Below, piece by piece: positions 27,597-40,758 of a DNA stretch of 64,000 nt; position 1 is the stretch's first letter; each line of letters opens with the position of its first letter. The notes beneath the pieces are model-generated. The model was not told the origin of the DNA. It did no database searches and was given only the letters and a program-made list of their open reading frames with translations. Source of the stretch: Polyangiaceae bacterium (GTDB taxonomy: Bacteria; Myxococcota_A; Polyangia; Polyangiales; Polyangiaceae). The position numbers were made by a program, and so were the translations under genes. Where the stretch lies: assembly GCA_035063585.1 (NCBI GenBank), contig JAPSGB010000011.1:32001-96000 (forward strand), given 5' to 3'.

Positions 27597-29891
27597 TCAG
27601 CCCTTCACGAGCGCGAGCCGCGCGCCCGCGCCGAAGGCGGCGAGGTGACCGCTCTCCTCCGCGACGTACACGTCGCAGCGCTCGTCGACCCGGACCAGAT
27701 CGGGGATGAGGTCGCTCGGCACGGCGCCGATGACCTCGCCGTCGCGCGGGCGCATGACGTGCACCTGGTGCTGCGGCACGAAGAGCGCGCCGCCGCGCAA
27801 GACCGGCTCGAGCCGGCGCGGCTGATCGGCCTCGACGTTGCGCGGGAAGACGTGATTATAGCGGAGCGTGCCGGTGTTCGCGTCGATGCAGACCAGGGTG
27901 CCGGCGCTGCTGTTGGCGATGAGCGCGTCGTCGACGCTGAGCCAGGCGGTGGTCGGCGCGGTGAGCCCGGGCGCGTGCTGCCAGAGCGGCGCGCCGGTCT
28001 TACGCGAGAAGGCCGCGGCGCCCGCGCCGCGGCGGTCGCGCGTCACGACCACCACCACCTCCGGCGTCACCAGCGGGGCCTGACCGGGCGCGGCGCGCTC
28101 GTCGAGCTCGGCGCTGTAGCGCAGCTTACCCGAGAAGGGATCGAGGTGGAGGAGCCGGGCCCGCCCGCGCGCGGTGCCGGCGAGCGCGAACGCGCCGTCG
28201 TGGTCGACGGTGGTGTCGCCCGAGAAGGGCAGGCGCTCGCGCACGCGCCACACGACCTCGCCGGTCGCCACGTCGAGCGCGCTGAGCGCGGTGTCGCCGC
28301 CGGCCACGAGCAGGAGCTTGCCGGCGCGCCGGACGCGGTAGGCGCCCGGGCGGCGCAGCGCGTGGCGCCAGCGCACGTCGCCGCTCACGAGGTCGATGGC
28401 GGTGATCTTGCGGTCGCCCTCGGCCAAGACGAGCAGCTTCGGCAAGCCGGGCGCCTGCACCACCGCGCCGCTGGCGCCGCCCGCCGCGCGCGGGGTGACG
28501 CGGACCGAGAAGCGCACCTCGCCGGAGTCGAGCTCGTGCAGCATCACCCGCCCGTCGGGGTGGATGCGGGCGAGCCCGCTCGGCGTGACCACGCACGCGG
28601 CGCGCGCGGTCGGCGCGCGCCAGGCCACCACGCCGGTCGCGCGGTGGATGCTCGCGGTCTCCCGCGCCGAGCCCACCACCAGCATCTCTCCGCAGAGGAA
28701 GGTCGCGCGCAGATCGATGCCCGGCACGGTGGCCGCCCAGCGCGGCTGGAACCGCATCTTGCCGCCGTGCTCCCAGGGCCCCATCACCTCGGTCGCCCGG
28801 CGCGGCAGCCCGAACGAGCGGTAGCTCTCGGGATCTGGGTTCTCGCAGGAGTCGTCGCGCTCGGCGTCCTCGGCGCGGCTCGCGAGCGCCTCGGCAGAGG
28901 CGGTGAGCGCGGCGAGCCGGAGGTTACGGCCCTGTCCCGGATCGCCGGCGGTGAAGGCGTCGGCGACCGCGCGCGCGAAGCGCACCGCGGCCTGGGCGAG
29001 CGTGGCCGGCGCGACCTCCGGGAAGTTCACGGCCTCGCCGCGCGCGTGGAGCGCCGGGCCGCCGATGCTCACCGTGAGCGGGCCGTCGCCCGCGCCGTGA
29101 CGCACCGCCAGCCGCGCCTCGCCGACCTCGAGGCGGCGGAAGAGCGGGCGCGCGCCCTGCCAGGCGTCGAGCGCCTCGTCGGCGAGCGTGACCAGCTGCT
29201 CGGCGACCAGAAAGAGCTGCGCGCGCCCGAGGCTCGCGGTCCGCCCGCGCGCGGTGACCGCGAGCGAGCCCTCGACCAAGAGCCCGTGCAGATCGGCGCG
29301 CTCGAGCCCGCCGGTGTCACCCGCCTCGCGGCGCGCCTCGCGGCCGAGCTGGCGGAATGAAGCGCGCGCCGAGAAGCCGAAGCCGCGGCTCGCGCGGGGA
29401 GCGATGGCGAGCTCTGCGACGGCGCGCGCCGCGCGCGGGCAGGCCTCGGCGGTCGCGAGCACCCCGCGGGCGACCGCGAGCGCGCGCGTCACGCTGCGCG
29501 GCGGCGCGTCGCCGGGGCCGTCGTCGATGGCGTTCAGGATCGCGGCGCGGAGCTCGGCGAGGCGCACGCGCCGCTCGAAGACCGCCACCTCGGGGCTCGG
29601 GCCGGAGCGGTAGACGGTGACCAGCGCGTCGGCGCCGTCCGCCTCGAGGCCGAGCTCCCAGGCCTCGTCGGCCGCGTAGAGCTGGAGGGTGGCGCGATCG
29701 CGGCGCCCGGTGGTGAGCGAGGCCACCGCGTGGGCGAGCTCGCCGAGCAGGGTGAGCGCCTGCGCTTCACCGACGCGCGCGGTGACGTTGACCCCGTCGA
29801 CGATGACGTCGAAGAGCCCGTGCAGGGGGGCGAGCGGCGCCGCGGCGGCGCTCGACGGGCAGGGACGGACCACCACGTGAATCGCTGACAT
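27597..29891 (-). CDS. PQQ-like beta-propeller repeat protein with unknown N-terminal domain
   Basis: Repeated A-D..TGEVVW motifs in the C-terminal half; no signal peptide. Confidence 0.75.
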   Translation of the reverse strand: MSAIHVVVRPCPSSAAAAPLAPLHGLFDVIVDGVNVTARVGEAQALTLLGELAHAVASLTTGRRDRATLQLYAADEAWELGLEADGADALVTVYRSGPSPEVAVFERRVRLAELRAAILNAIDDGPGDAPPRSVTRALAVARGVLATAEACPRAARAVAELAIAPRASRGFGFSARASFRQLGREARREAGDTGGLERADLHGLLVEGSLAVTARGRTASLGRAQLFLVAEQLVTLADEALDAWQGARPLFRRLEVGEARLAVRHGAGDGPLTVSIGGPALHARGEAVNFPEVAPATLAQAAVRFARAVADAFTAGDPGQGRNLRLAALTASAEALASRAEDAERDDSCENPDPESYRSFGLPRRATEVMGPWEHGGKMRFQPRWAATVPGIDLRATFLCGEMLVVGSARETASIHRATGVVAWRAPTARAACVVTPSGLARIHPDGRVMLHELDSGEVRFSVRVTPRAAGGASGAVVQAPGLPKLLVLAEGDRKITAIDLVSGDVRWRHALRRPGAYRVRRAGKLLLVAGGDTALSALDVATGEVVWRVRERLPFSGDTTVDHDGAFALAGTARGRARLLHLDPFSGKLRYSAELDERAAPGQAPLVTPEVVVVVTRDRRGAGAAAFSRKTGAPLWQHAPGLTAPTTAWLSVDDALIANSSAGTLVCIDANTGTLRYNHVFPRNVEADQPRRLEPVLRGGALFVPQHQVHVMRPRDGEVIGAVPSDLIPDLVRVDERCDVYVAEESGHLAAFGAGARLALVKG

Positions 29892-30016
29892 CCGAGCGCG
29901 AATCGTAGGGCGCGCAGGCGCTCGAGCTCGAATTTTGAGACAGAATCGCCGGAGAGTGGACAGGACCCCGCCGAACCGGCTAGGCGCGCCGCCGGGGGCG
30001 AGGGAAGGTCGGGCGC

Positions 30017-31432
30017 GTGGAGCGTCGCACCCTCGGCCAGGCCGCGCTCGGCGCGCTCGCCGCGGCCGTGATGATGCTCGCGCTCTCCGGCTACACGGTG
30101 GACGACGCGCTCATCACCGCCCGCGTCGCGACCCGCCTCGCGCACGGCGAGGGCTATCGCTTCAACACGGGCGGGCCGCGCGTCGACGCGGTGACGCCGC
30201 TCGGCTACGCGAACCTGCTCGCGCTCGTGGCCGGCGCGACGCCGCTCGAGACGCTCGCGCGGGCGCGCCTGCTCGGCGCGCTCGCCTGGCTCCTCGCCGC
30301 CGCGGGGCTCGGGGTCGGGCTCGCGCGCGTCGGGCGCGGGAGCGCCGAGCCCGGCGCGCTCCGGTTCGCGCCGCTCCTCGCGCTCGCGCTCTCGGCTCCG
30401 CTCGGCGCCTGGGCGGTGAGCGGCATGGAGACGGGCTGGGTCACCGCGCTCGCGACCGCGGCGCTGCTCCCGGGTTCGGGCGGCTGGCTCGCCGCCGGGC
30501 TCGCCGCGGCGTGGCGGCCGGAGCTGCTCCCGTGGGCGCTCACCCTCGCGGTGGGCTCCGCGCTGGTCGCGCGCGCGCCGCCGGCGCGGGTGCTCGCCGC
30601 CGCGTCGCTCGCGCTCGCGCCGGCGCTCGCGGTGGCGGGTGTGCGCGCGGCGCTGTTCGGCTCGCCGGCGCCGCTCGCGGCGCTCGCCAAGCCCGCCGAT
30701 CTCGAGCACGGGCTCCGCTACGCGCTCGGCGCGCTCGCGCTCACCGGGCCGCCCTGGCTCGTCCTCGCGCCGCGCGGGCTCGCTCGCCTCGCGCCGCGGC
30801 TCCGGGTCGTGGTGGCGGCGGCGGGCGCGCACTTCGCCGCGCTCGCCCTCGCCGGCGGCGACTGGATGGCGCTCTATCGGCTCGCGGTGCCGGTTCTGCC
30901 CGGGCTGCTCCTCGTGGGCGCCGCGCTCGCTCGGGTCACGCCGTGGTGGGCGACCGCGCTTCGCCTCGCCGCGACGCTCGCCGTCGAGGGGCTGGTGCTG
31001 ATCGGGCTCGGGCCCTCTGCGGCCCGGGTGACCGAGCGGCGCGCGGCGCTCATCGCCTCGGCGCGTCCGGTCCTCGCCGGGGCGCGGCGCGTCGCCGCGG
31101 TCGACGTCGGTTGGGTCGGCGCGGCCACCCCGACCGACGTCGTCGATCTCGCCGGCGTCACCGATCGCGAGGTCGCGCGGCTGCCCGGCGGTCACACCTC
31201 GAAGCGGCTCCCCGAGCGCTTCCTCGAGGCGCGCGGGGTGGACGCCCTGGTGCTCCTCATCGCTCCGGGAGAGCCCCTCCGCGAGCCGTGGTGGACGAGC
31301 CGCTTCGCGCCGTACGCGGTCGACGCGCGGGTCGCCGCGCTCGCCGCCGACGCGGGTTTCCGCGCCGTCGCGACCCTCCCGCTCCCCGGCACCCGCCAGC
31401 GCTACCTCATCGCCCGCCGAGCGAGCCCTTGA
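30017..31432 (+). CDS. Membrane protein, GT-C/arabinofuranosyltransferase-like
   Basis: VDDALITARVA..G.GYRFN..RVDAVTPL, SGMET, RPE, GGDWM, DLAGVTD. Confidence 0.65.
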   Translation: MERRTLGQAALGALAAAVMMLALSGYTVDDALITARVATRLAHGEGYRFNTGGPRVDAVTPLGYANLLALVAGATPLETLARARLLGALAWLLAAAGLGVGLARVGRGSAEPGALRFAPLLALALSAPLGAWAVSGMETGWVTALATAALLPGSGGWLAAGLAAAWRPELLPWALTLAVGSALVARAPPARVLAAASLALAPALAVAGVRAALFGSPAPLAALAKPADLEHGLRYALGALALTGPPWLVLAPRGLARLAPRLRVVVAAAGAHFAALALAGGDWMALYRLAVPVLPGLLLVGAALARVTPWWATALRLAATLAVEGLVLIGLGPSAARVTERRAALIASARPVLAGARRVAAVDVGWVGAATPTDVVDLAGVTDREVARLPGGHTSKRLPERFLEARGVDALVLLIAPGEPLREPWWTSRFAPYAVDARVAALAADAGFRAVATLPLPGTRQRYLIARRASP

Positions 31433-31474
31433 AGTTACTTCAGGGAATGGTTAGTAAGTCGCGGAATCTCAAAG

Positions 31475-33196
31475 TCAAGCTGACCTCGAGCTCTTCGTGA
31501 GCTCGGGGTCGCTCACCGCCAGCTTCTCGAGCGCCTTGCGGAGCGCGCGCGCGTCCGGGTAGCGCTCGGCCGGCCGCAGCGCGAGGGCCCGCCCGATGAC
31601 CCGACGCCACGGCTCGGCGACCGCGCGGAGCGCTCGCTGGACGCCGCTCTCGGCCGCTTCCGGGCCGCGCGGGGGGAACGACGGCCAGGGGTCGAGGGCG
31701 CGCGCGGGTGGGGGCAGCCCGGTCAGGCACTCGTAGAGGACGGCGCCGAGCGCGTAGAGATCGGCGCGGCCGTCGAGCTCCTCGCCCTGCTCCTGCTCGG
31801 GCGACATGTAGCCCGGGGTGCCGACCGGCGCGCCCATGTTGGTGAGCCGCGTCTCGGCCCACTCGACCCGCGCGATGCCGAAGTCGAGGAGCTTTACCAC
31901 GGGCGGCGCTTCGGGGGCGGCGTCCCGCGCGCGAGAGAGGAAGATGTTGCTCGGCTTGAGGTCGCGGTGGACGACGCCGGCGGCGTGGACCGCGCTGAGC
32001 GCGTCGCAGAGCTGGAGCGCGATGGGCTGGAGCTCGGCCGGGGCGAGCGGGCCCGAGCGTCGCAGGCGCGCCCCGAGCGGCTCGCCGTAGAGCCGCTCCA
32101 TGACGAGGAAGCTGGTGCCGTCGTAGAGGTAGCCGTCGTCGTAGATCTCGACCACGTTCTCGTGCCACGCGAGGCCGAGCGCCGCGGCCTCGCGGCGCAG
32201 GCGATCGGCGGCGATGGTGTCGTGCGCGACCGCCGTCCGCAGGAGCTTGATGGCCACCACCTCGCCGTCGCCGAGGCGCTCGGCCTCCCAGATGGCGCCG
32301 CTCGCGCCGGCCCCGAGCGGCGCGCCGAGTCGGTACTGGCCGGCGATGACCGCGCCGGCCTCGAAGCTGGCGGCGCCGCGCTCGCGCGCCTCGCGGAGCG
32401 CCGCCGAGCGCTCGAGGACCTCGATCCGGGTGGCCTGCGCGCGCGCCTGCGCGCGGCGCCGGCGCTCGAAGCCGAGCACGACGCCGGCCACGCCGCCGAG
32501 CGCCGCGGCCGTGAGCGTCAAGGCCGCCGAGCGCGGCTCGCCCGCGTGCGCGGCGAGGGCGAGCGCCCCGCCGGCGGAGACCCCGACCGCGCCCCCGAGC
32601 GCCGGGGCGAGCCAGAGCTCGCGGGCCCGCCAGCGGACCTCGTACTCGAGCACCGCGCCGCCCGAGCGGTCCGGATCGCCTGGCCGCGCTCGGACGCGCG
32701 CGGGCGGGAGCCCGAACAGCAACGGCACGGCGGCGAGCTCCGCCTCGCGCGCGAGCGCGCAGAGACCATCGAGCTCGAAGCTCGGCTGCCGGAGGGTGAC
32801 GTGTCCTCGCCAGCGGCCGGGCGCGCTCGCGTCGGTGCGCCAGCCGTCGGTGAGCGCGTCCTCGCCGCCGAGCGCCTCGAGCTGCTGGTAAGCGGCGAGC
32901 GGCTCGGACGCGCCGCGCAGCACGCGGGACCAGACGCCGAGGTTGTCCGGGTGCACGAACCCGGGCAGGGTGGCGCGGATCGCCTCGCGGCCGAAGCGCG
33001 AGGCGAACGCCTCGAGCGCCGCGTGCCAGACCGAGATCGGCAGCGGGCGCGTCTCGTCGTCGAGGTAGACGCGGTCGAGCCGCACCTCGCGGAGCAGGGC
33101 GTCGGCGGCGGCGCGGCCGTGGACCGCCTGAGCGTGGAGCACGAGCGCCTTCAGCCGCGACGCGGTCGTGTTGCCGGTAGCGCCTCGCCGGAGCAC
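31475..33196 (-). CDS. Membrane Ser/Thr kinase with N-terminal sensor-like domain
   Basis: Two TM helices; LGAGASGAIW, VAIK, HRDLKPSN, DFG, GTPGYMSPE. Confidence 0.9.
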   Translation of the reverse strand: MLRRGATGNTTASRLKALVLHAQAVHGRAAADALLREVRLDRVYLDDETRPLPISVWHAALEAFASRFGREAIRATLPGFVHPDNLGVWSRVLRGASEPLAAYQQLEALGGEDALTDGWRTDASAPGRWRGHVTLRQPSFELDGLCALAREAELAAVPLLFGLPPARVRARPGDPDRSGGAVLEYEVRWRARELWLAPALGGAVGVSAGGALALAAHAGEPRSAALTLTAAALGGVAGVVLGFERRRRAQARAQATRIEVLERSAALREARERGAASFEAGAVIAGQYRLGAPLGAGASGAIWEAERLGDGEVVAIKLLRTAVAHDTIAADRLRREAAALGLAWHENVVEIYDDGYLYDGTSFLVMERLYGEPLGARLRRSGPLAPAELQPIALQLCDALSAVHAAGVVHRDLKPSNIFLSRARDAAPEAPPVVKLLDFGIARVEWAETRLTNMGAPVGTPGYMSPEQEQGEELDGRADLYALGAVLYECLTGLPPPARALDPWPSFPPRGPEAAESGVQRALRAVAEPWRRVIGRALALRPAERYPDARALRKALEKLAVSDPELTKSSRSA

Positions 33197-33250
33197 GCCG
33201 CGAGCCTAGCATCATCGGCGAGGCGGGATGACGCCTGCTAGGGTCGCCCG

Positions 33251-35734
33251 GTGCCGTCCCTCTTCGAGCCGCTCGGCGACTGGCTCGCCCGCGTCGAGCT
33301 CCTCGCGCGCGGCGCCGAGCAAGCGCGCGCTCGCGCCGCTCGCGCCCTCGCCGAGGGCCGCCCGGCCCAGGCGCGGAGCCTGGCGCTCGGGCTGCTCGAC
33401 GAGCTGCCGCGCTCGCGGGTGGCGCTCTTGCTCTGGGCGGACGCGGCGGAGGCGATGATGCTCGACGCAGAGAGCGCGGAGGCGAGCGAGCGGCTCGCCC
33501 GCGCGCTGCCCGAGCGGGCGGACGCCTGGCTCCGCCTCGCGCTCGCCCGCGCCCGAGCCGGGCTCGGGCCCGAGGCCGCGCTGCTCGCCGCGGCGGAGGC
33601 CGGTGAGCCGCTCCGAGCGGCCGACTCGGCGCGCCTCCGGCTCGCGGAGCTCGACCTCGCGCGCGGCGACCCGGCGCGCGCGGAGCGCTGGCTCGCGCAG
33701 CTCGGGCTCGCCGAACGCGGCGGCCCCGAGGCGGCGCTCCGGCGCGCCGAGGCGCGGCTCGACCGCGGGGATCTCGAGGAGGCGCGCCGGCTCGTCGCCA
33801 CGCTGCCGGCTCCCGAGGCGCTCGACGGTCGCCGCGCGCTCGTCGAGGCGCGGCTCTCTGCGGCGGCAGGGGACGAGCGCGGCGCCGCGCGCTCGCTCGT
33901 GCGCGCGCTCCTGCTCGACGCGCCGCGCGCGAGCCGGTACGCGGCGGAGCTCATCGCGCGCGCTCGGGACCGCGCGGCGGTGGAGTCGCTCTCCGCCGTC
34001 GGCGCGGCGCTCGGGTACGCCGCGCAGCCGTCGTTTCGCGCCGCGGTGGCCGAGGCCGAGGGGCGCACGGCGGACGCGCTCGCCGCGCTCGCCGAGGGGG
34101 CGGGGGACCCGGAGCTCGCCGCGCGCTACCTCGCCGCCGCGCTCACGGCGCGTGACCCCGTGGCGCTCCGCGACGCGGTCGCGCGCGCGGTGGCCGCGGG
34201 CGTCCCGGTCGCGCCCGGGATCGCGGCGCTGCTCGCGTCGCTCGACGCGGCCCTGCCGGAGGCGCGGCTCGCCGCCCTCGACGCCGCCGACGGCCCCGCG
34301 ACCGACTGGGCGGCCGCGCTCCGCGTCGAGGCGTACGCCGCGCTCGCGCCGGAGGGCGAGCCGGCGGCGTGGCGCGAGCTGCTCGCGGAGCTCGGGCGGC
34401 TCGCGCGGGCGCTCGGCGAGCTCGGCGCGCTCGGCGACGTCGAGGCGCTCGCCGTCGATCTCGAGCGGCCGCTCCGCGCGGCGGTGGTGGGTGAGTTCAA
34501 CGCCGGGAAATCGACCTTCATCAACGCGCTGCTCGGGGAGGCGGTGGCGCCGGTCGGTGTGCTCCCGACCACCGCCACCCGCAACCACCTGGTGTGGGCG
34601 CCGGACCGCTTCGTGCGCGTCGAGCTCGTCGAGGGCGGCGAAGCGCGGGTGGTCTCGCACGGCGCGCTCGGCGCGACCCTCGTGAGCCTCGGCCCAGCGC
34701 TCATCGACCGGGTGACCATCTACGCCCCGCTCGAGCTCCTGCGCCGGGTCGAGCTCATCGACACGCCGGGCTTCAACGCGCCCGATCGCCGCCACGCGGC
34801 GGTGACCCGCACGGTGTTCGACGACGTGCACGTGGTCATCTGGCTGCTCGACGCCACGCAGCCGCTGAAGGCGAGCGAGCGCGAGGTGCTCGGCGAGCTC
34901 GCCCGGCGCGAGCTGCCGCTGCTCGTGCTGCTGAGCAAGCTCGATCGGCTGGGCGGCGCGGAGGAGCTCGCCGCCGCCCTCCGCCACGTCGAGCAAGGGC
35001 TCGCGGCCGCGGGCGTCCGGGTCGAGGCGCCGCCCATCGCGTTCTCGGCCCGGCTCGCGCTCGAGGGCGGAGCTGACGCGGCCGCGCGCGAGCGCTCGGG
35101 CTGGCCCGCCGTCGAGCGCCTGGTCGAGCGCGTGCTCTTCGACGACGCGGCGCGCCTGCGCGAGCGGGTAGCTCGGCGGCGCGCGGCGACGCTCGCCGCG
35201 GCGCTCGCCCGCGTCGCGACGGAGCGCGCGGCCGAGCGCGAGCGCGGCGCGGACGAGGAGGACGCGCGCCGGGCGCGCTGCCGGGCCGTGGCGCACGACG
35301 CGCGCGCCCGCGGCGGCGAGCTCGCCGAGGGGCTCGGCCGCGTCATCGACGAGGCCATGGCGGAGCTCGCGCGCGAGCTCCGCCCGGTCGCGGGTGGCGC
35401 CGCCGAAGACGACGCGGTGATGGACTTCGTCGCGTCGCGGCTCCGAGGCCGGCTCGCGCGCGCAGCGGCGGACGAGCTCGGTCGGGCGATCCCGCCGAGC
35501 GAGCGCGAGGTGCTCGGCGCCGCCCTCGAGCCCCGCCTGGCGGCGATGGCGGCCGCGCTCGCGCCCTGGCTCCACGGCGGTGGCGCCGCGGGCGCGCTCG
35601 CGCGCCGGAGGCTCGCGCGAGAGGCCGTGCGCGAGCTCGAGCGGGTGGCGGCCGGGAGGTTCCGGGAGGTCGCTCGGCCGGCTGCGCCACCGGCCGAGCG
35701 ACGCGCCCTCGCCCTCGTCCGGGCGCTCGGCTGA
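33251..35734 (+). CDS. TPR-like repeat + dynamin-like GTPase fusion
   Basis: Helical repeats, then GEFNAGKSTFINALLG, VLPTT, DTPG, SKLD, then a helical stalk. Confidence 0.8.
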   Translation: MPSLFEPLGDWLARVELLARGAEQARARAARALAEGRPAQARSLALGLLDELPRSRVALLLWADAAEAMMLDAESAEASERLARALPERADAWLRLALARARAGLGPEAALLAAAEAGEPLRAADSARLRLAELDLARGDPARAERWLAQLGLAERGGPEAALRRAEARLDRGDLEEARRLVATLPAPEALDGRRALVEARLSAAAGDERGAARSLVRALLLDAPRASRYAAELIARARDRAAVESLSAVGAALGYAAQPSFRAAVAEAEGRTADALAALAEGAGDPELAARYLAAALTARDPVALRDAVARAVAAGVPVAPGIAALLASLDAALPEARLAALDAADGPATDWAAALRVEAYAALAPEGEPAAWRELLAELGRLARALGELGALGDVEALAVDLERPLRAAVVGEFNAGKSTFINALLGEAVAPVGVLPTTATRNHLVWAPDRFVRVELVEGGEARVVSHGALGATLVSLGPALIDRVTIYAPLELLRRVELIDTPGFNAPDRRHAAVTRTVFDDVHVVIWLLDATQPLKASEREVLGELARRELPLLVLLSKLDRLGGAEELAAALRHVEQGLAAAGVRVEAPPIAFSARLALEGGADAAARERSGWPAVERLVERVLFDDAARLRERVARRRAATLAAALARVATERAAERERGADEEDARRARCRAVAHDARARGGELAEGLGRVIDEAMAELARELRPVAGGAAEDDAVMDFVASRLRGRLARAAADELGRAIPPSEREVLGAALEPRLAAMAAALAPWLHGGGAAGALARRRLAREAVRELERVAAGRFREVARPAAPPAERRALALVRALG

Positions 35735-35875
35735 CGCCCGTCATGGCGGGCTTTTCCGCGCCGAACCGGCATCTCCCTCTCCGCGGGCACCCTTCTTGCT
35801 GGAGGGGTGTTACACTCTGGGGCGCGGGACGGCGGTCCGTGGGGGACCCCGAGGCTACGGACCCGCGCCGAGACC

Positions 35876-37375
<1,500 letters not shown>

Positions 37376-37536
37376 CCATTCCCGCGCGAAGCGCGCGAAA
37401 GTTGGGGTATCCTGCCCGGAGTGGGTCATCCGACCTCGGGAAGCCATCCGCCTCGACGCCGCGCGCGACCCCGCGCGGCGTGCGCGGAGCGTCCCGGCGT
37501 TCGAGAGACCCACGGCGCCCCTTGTCAGGAGGTCCA

Positions 37537-37929
37537 ATGAACATCAGCGTCACGTTCCGCCAAATGGAGCCGAGTGAGGCCATCAAGGCCTATGCGCGCG
37601 AGAAGGTCTCCCGGCTGCAGAAATTCCTGCGCGAGCCGATGACCGCCAAGATCACCCTCTCGCTCGACAAACTCGTGCACCAGGCGGAGACGCGCATCTC
37701 GAGCGGCAGCGCCCGACTCGACGCCAGGGAGTCGAGCGACGACATGTACGCGTCGATCGACAAGATGGTCGACAAGCTCGAGCGGCAGATCCGCGTCACC
37801 AAGGGCGCGGCGCAGGCGAAGAAGCGGCGCAGCGGCGAGACGGTGCGCGAGCCCGGTGCCGCCAAGAGCGCCGCGCGGCCGGCGAAGCAGGCCGCGCGCG
37901 CGCGGGCCCCCTCCAAGACGCGCGGATGA
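37537..37929 (+). CDS. hpf: Ribosome hibernation promoting factor
   Basis: MNISVTFRQME, DMYASID...KLERQ; AGGAGG RBS. Confidence 0.92.
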   Translation: MNISVTFRQMEPSEAIKAYAREKVSRLQKFLREPMTAKITLSLDKLVHQAETRISSGSARLDARESSDDMYASIDKMVDKLERQIRVTKGAAQAKKRRSGETVREPGAAKSAARPAKQAARARAPSKTRG

Positions 37930-38438
37930 CGATGAGCGACGTCAGCGGAGGTCGCCCGGACCTCTCCATGCGGCTCTCGGACATCGTCTCCGTCGACCGG
38001 ATCCTGGTCGACGCCGATGGGAGTCGGATCCGCGACAAGGCCGACGCGCTCCATTGGCTCTCGTCGCTGCTCGCTCCGGCGATCGGCGCGACCGAGGAGA
38101 GCATCCTCAGGCTCCTCCTCGATCGCGAGCGGCTGCAGAGCACCGGCATCGGCGACGGCGTCGCGATCCCGCACACCGCGGTGGACGCCGCGCCGGGCCA
38201 GGCGGGCGCGCTGCTCTTGTGTCCGGTCGGGGTCCCCTTCGAGGCCATCGACGGAGTCAACGTGAGCATCGTCTTCGGCGTGGTCGGGCCCAAACGCGCG
38301 ACCGGGGAGCACCTGCGGACGCTCGCTCGCATCTCGCGGCTGCTCCGCGATCCCGCCACCCGCTCTCGGCTGGTCGGCTCGGCCTCCGCCGAGGCCGCCT
38401 ACGCGCTCATTCACGCTCAGGACACGCTCGCTCCGTAG
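37926..38438 (+). CDS. ptsN: PTS EIIA (Ntr-type)
   Basis: RERLQSTGIGDGVAIPH, FEAIDG, HLRTLARISR. Confidence 0.88.
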   Translation: MTMSDVSGGRPDLSMRLSDIVSVDRILVDADGSRIRDKADALHWLSSLLAPAIGATEESILRLLLDRERLQSTGIGDGVAIPHTAVDAAPGQAGALLLCPVGVPFEAIDGVNVSIVFGVVGPKRATGEHLRTLARISRLLRDPATRSRLVGSASAEAAYALIHAQDTLAP

Positions 38439-38456
38439 AGCGCGTCGAGGCGGCCC

Positions 38457-39514
<1,058 letters not shown>

Positions 39515-39518
<4 letters not shown>

Positions 39519-40486
39519 GCGAGCCGCGCACCTTGGTGGTCGTGGTGACCGGCCTGAGCGGCGCGGGAAAGTCGACCGCGCTGCACGCGCTAGAGGATCT
39601 CGGGTTCTTCTGCATCGACAACCTGCCGACCGCGGTGGCGCTGCCTACCCTCGAGGCGTGCGAGCAGGGCGGCGTCGCGCGGGTCGCCCTCGGGCTCGAC
39701 GTGCGCGTGCGCGCCTTCTTCGAGCACGTCGGGGAGGTGATGGACGCGGTCCGCGCGGGGGGGCGGCGAGAGCTCGCGGTGCTCTTCCTCGACGCTTCGG
39801 ACGAGGCCCTGCTCAGGCGCTTCAGCAGCACCCGCCGGCCCCACCCGCTCTCGACCGCCGCCACCGCCGGCAGCGAGCGCGCCGCCCCCGCGGTGCTCGA
39901 TGGGATCCGCATCGAGCGCGAGCGGCTCGCGTCGCTCCGCGCCCGCGCCACCATCGTCATCGACACGACTCGCCTCGACGTGCACGGGCTGCGCCGTCGG
40001 ATCATCGAGGAGCTCGGGCCTGGCGCGGGCGCGAGGCCGCGCTTCCGCCCGCGGGTGGTGTCGTTCGGGTTCAAGTACGGCGCGCCGGTGGACGCCGATC
40101 TCGTGCTCGACGTGCGGTTTCTCAGGAATCCCTATTTCGTCGAGGCGCTGAAGGAGCGGCCGGGCACCGAGGCCGAGGTGCGTGATTACGTCCTCGGCGA
40201 TCCGGACTCGACGGGCTTCCTCGACCGAGCGGGCGCGCTGCTCGTGTTCTCGGTGCCTCGCTACGAGCGCGAGGGGAAGAGCTACCTCACCATCGCGGTC
40301 GGCTGCACCGGTGGGCGCCATCGCTCGGTGGTGATCGCCGAGCTCCTCGCCGAGCGGCTCGCCGGGGAGCTCGGGCTCGAGGTCGAGGTCGTGCATCGAG
40401 ATGTCGACCGGGCTACCCTGGAGGACCGTCACTCCGAGCCCGAGCTCATCGGCGGCGGACCCCGTGACGGAGGGAGGACAGCGTGA
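39515..40486 (+). CDS. rapZ: RNase adapter RapZ
   Basis: TGLSGAGKS, DNLP, RRPHPL, SFGFKYG, DVRFL.NP, GCTGGRHRSV. Confidence 0.95.
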
Positions 40487-40758
40487 CCACGGCCAGAGGG
40501 AGCTTCGTCGTCTGCAACCGCCTCGGGCTGCACGCGCGCGCGGCGAGCAAGCTGGTTCAGCTCGCCTCGTCGTTCCCGTGCGAGATCGTCGTGAGCCGAG
40601 AGGGCCAGGCCGCCAACGCCAAGAGCGTCATGGGTGTGCTCCTGCTCTGCGGGTCGATGGGCACGACGCTCGACGTCGAGGCCATCGGGCCGGACGCGGA
40701 GCTCGCCGTCAGGCGTATCGGCGAGCTCATCCAGGACCGCTTCGGGGAAGGTGAGTAG
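40483..40758 (+). CDS. ptsH: Phosphocarrier protein HPr
   Basis: GLHARAA (His15) and NAKSVMGV (Ser46). Confidence 0.93.
   Translation: MTTARGSFVVCNRLGLHARAASKLVQLASSFPCEIVVSREGQAANAKSVMGVLLLCGSMGTTLDVEAIGPDAELAVRRIGELIQDRFGEGE

Noticed and set aside
31429..31475. AT-rich stretch between convergent genes as a possible dif site
   Set aside because: Does not match the XerC/XerD consensus; at most a weak hairpin or IHF-like site
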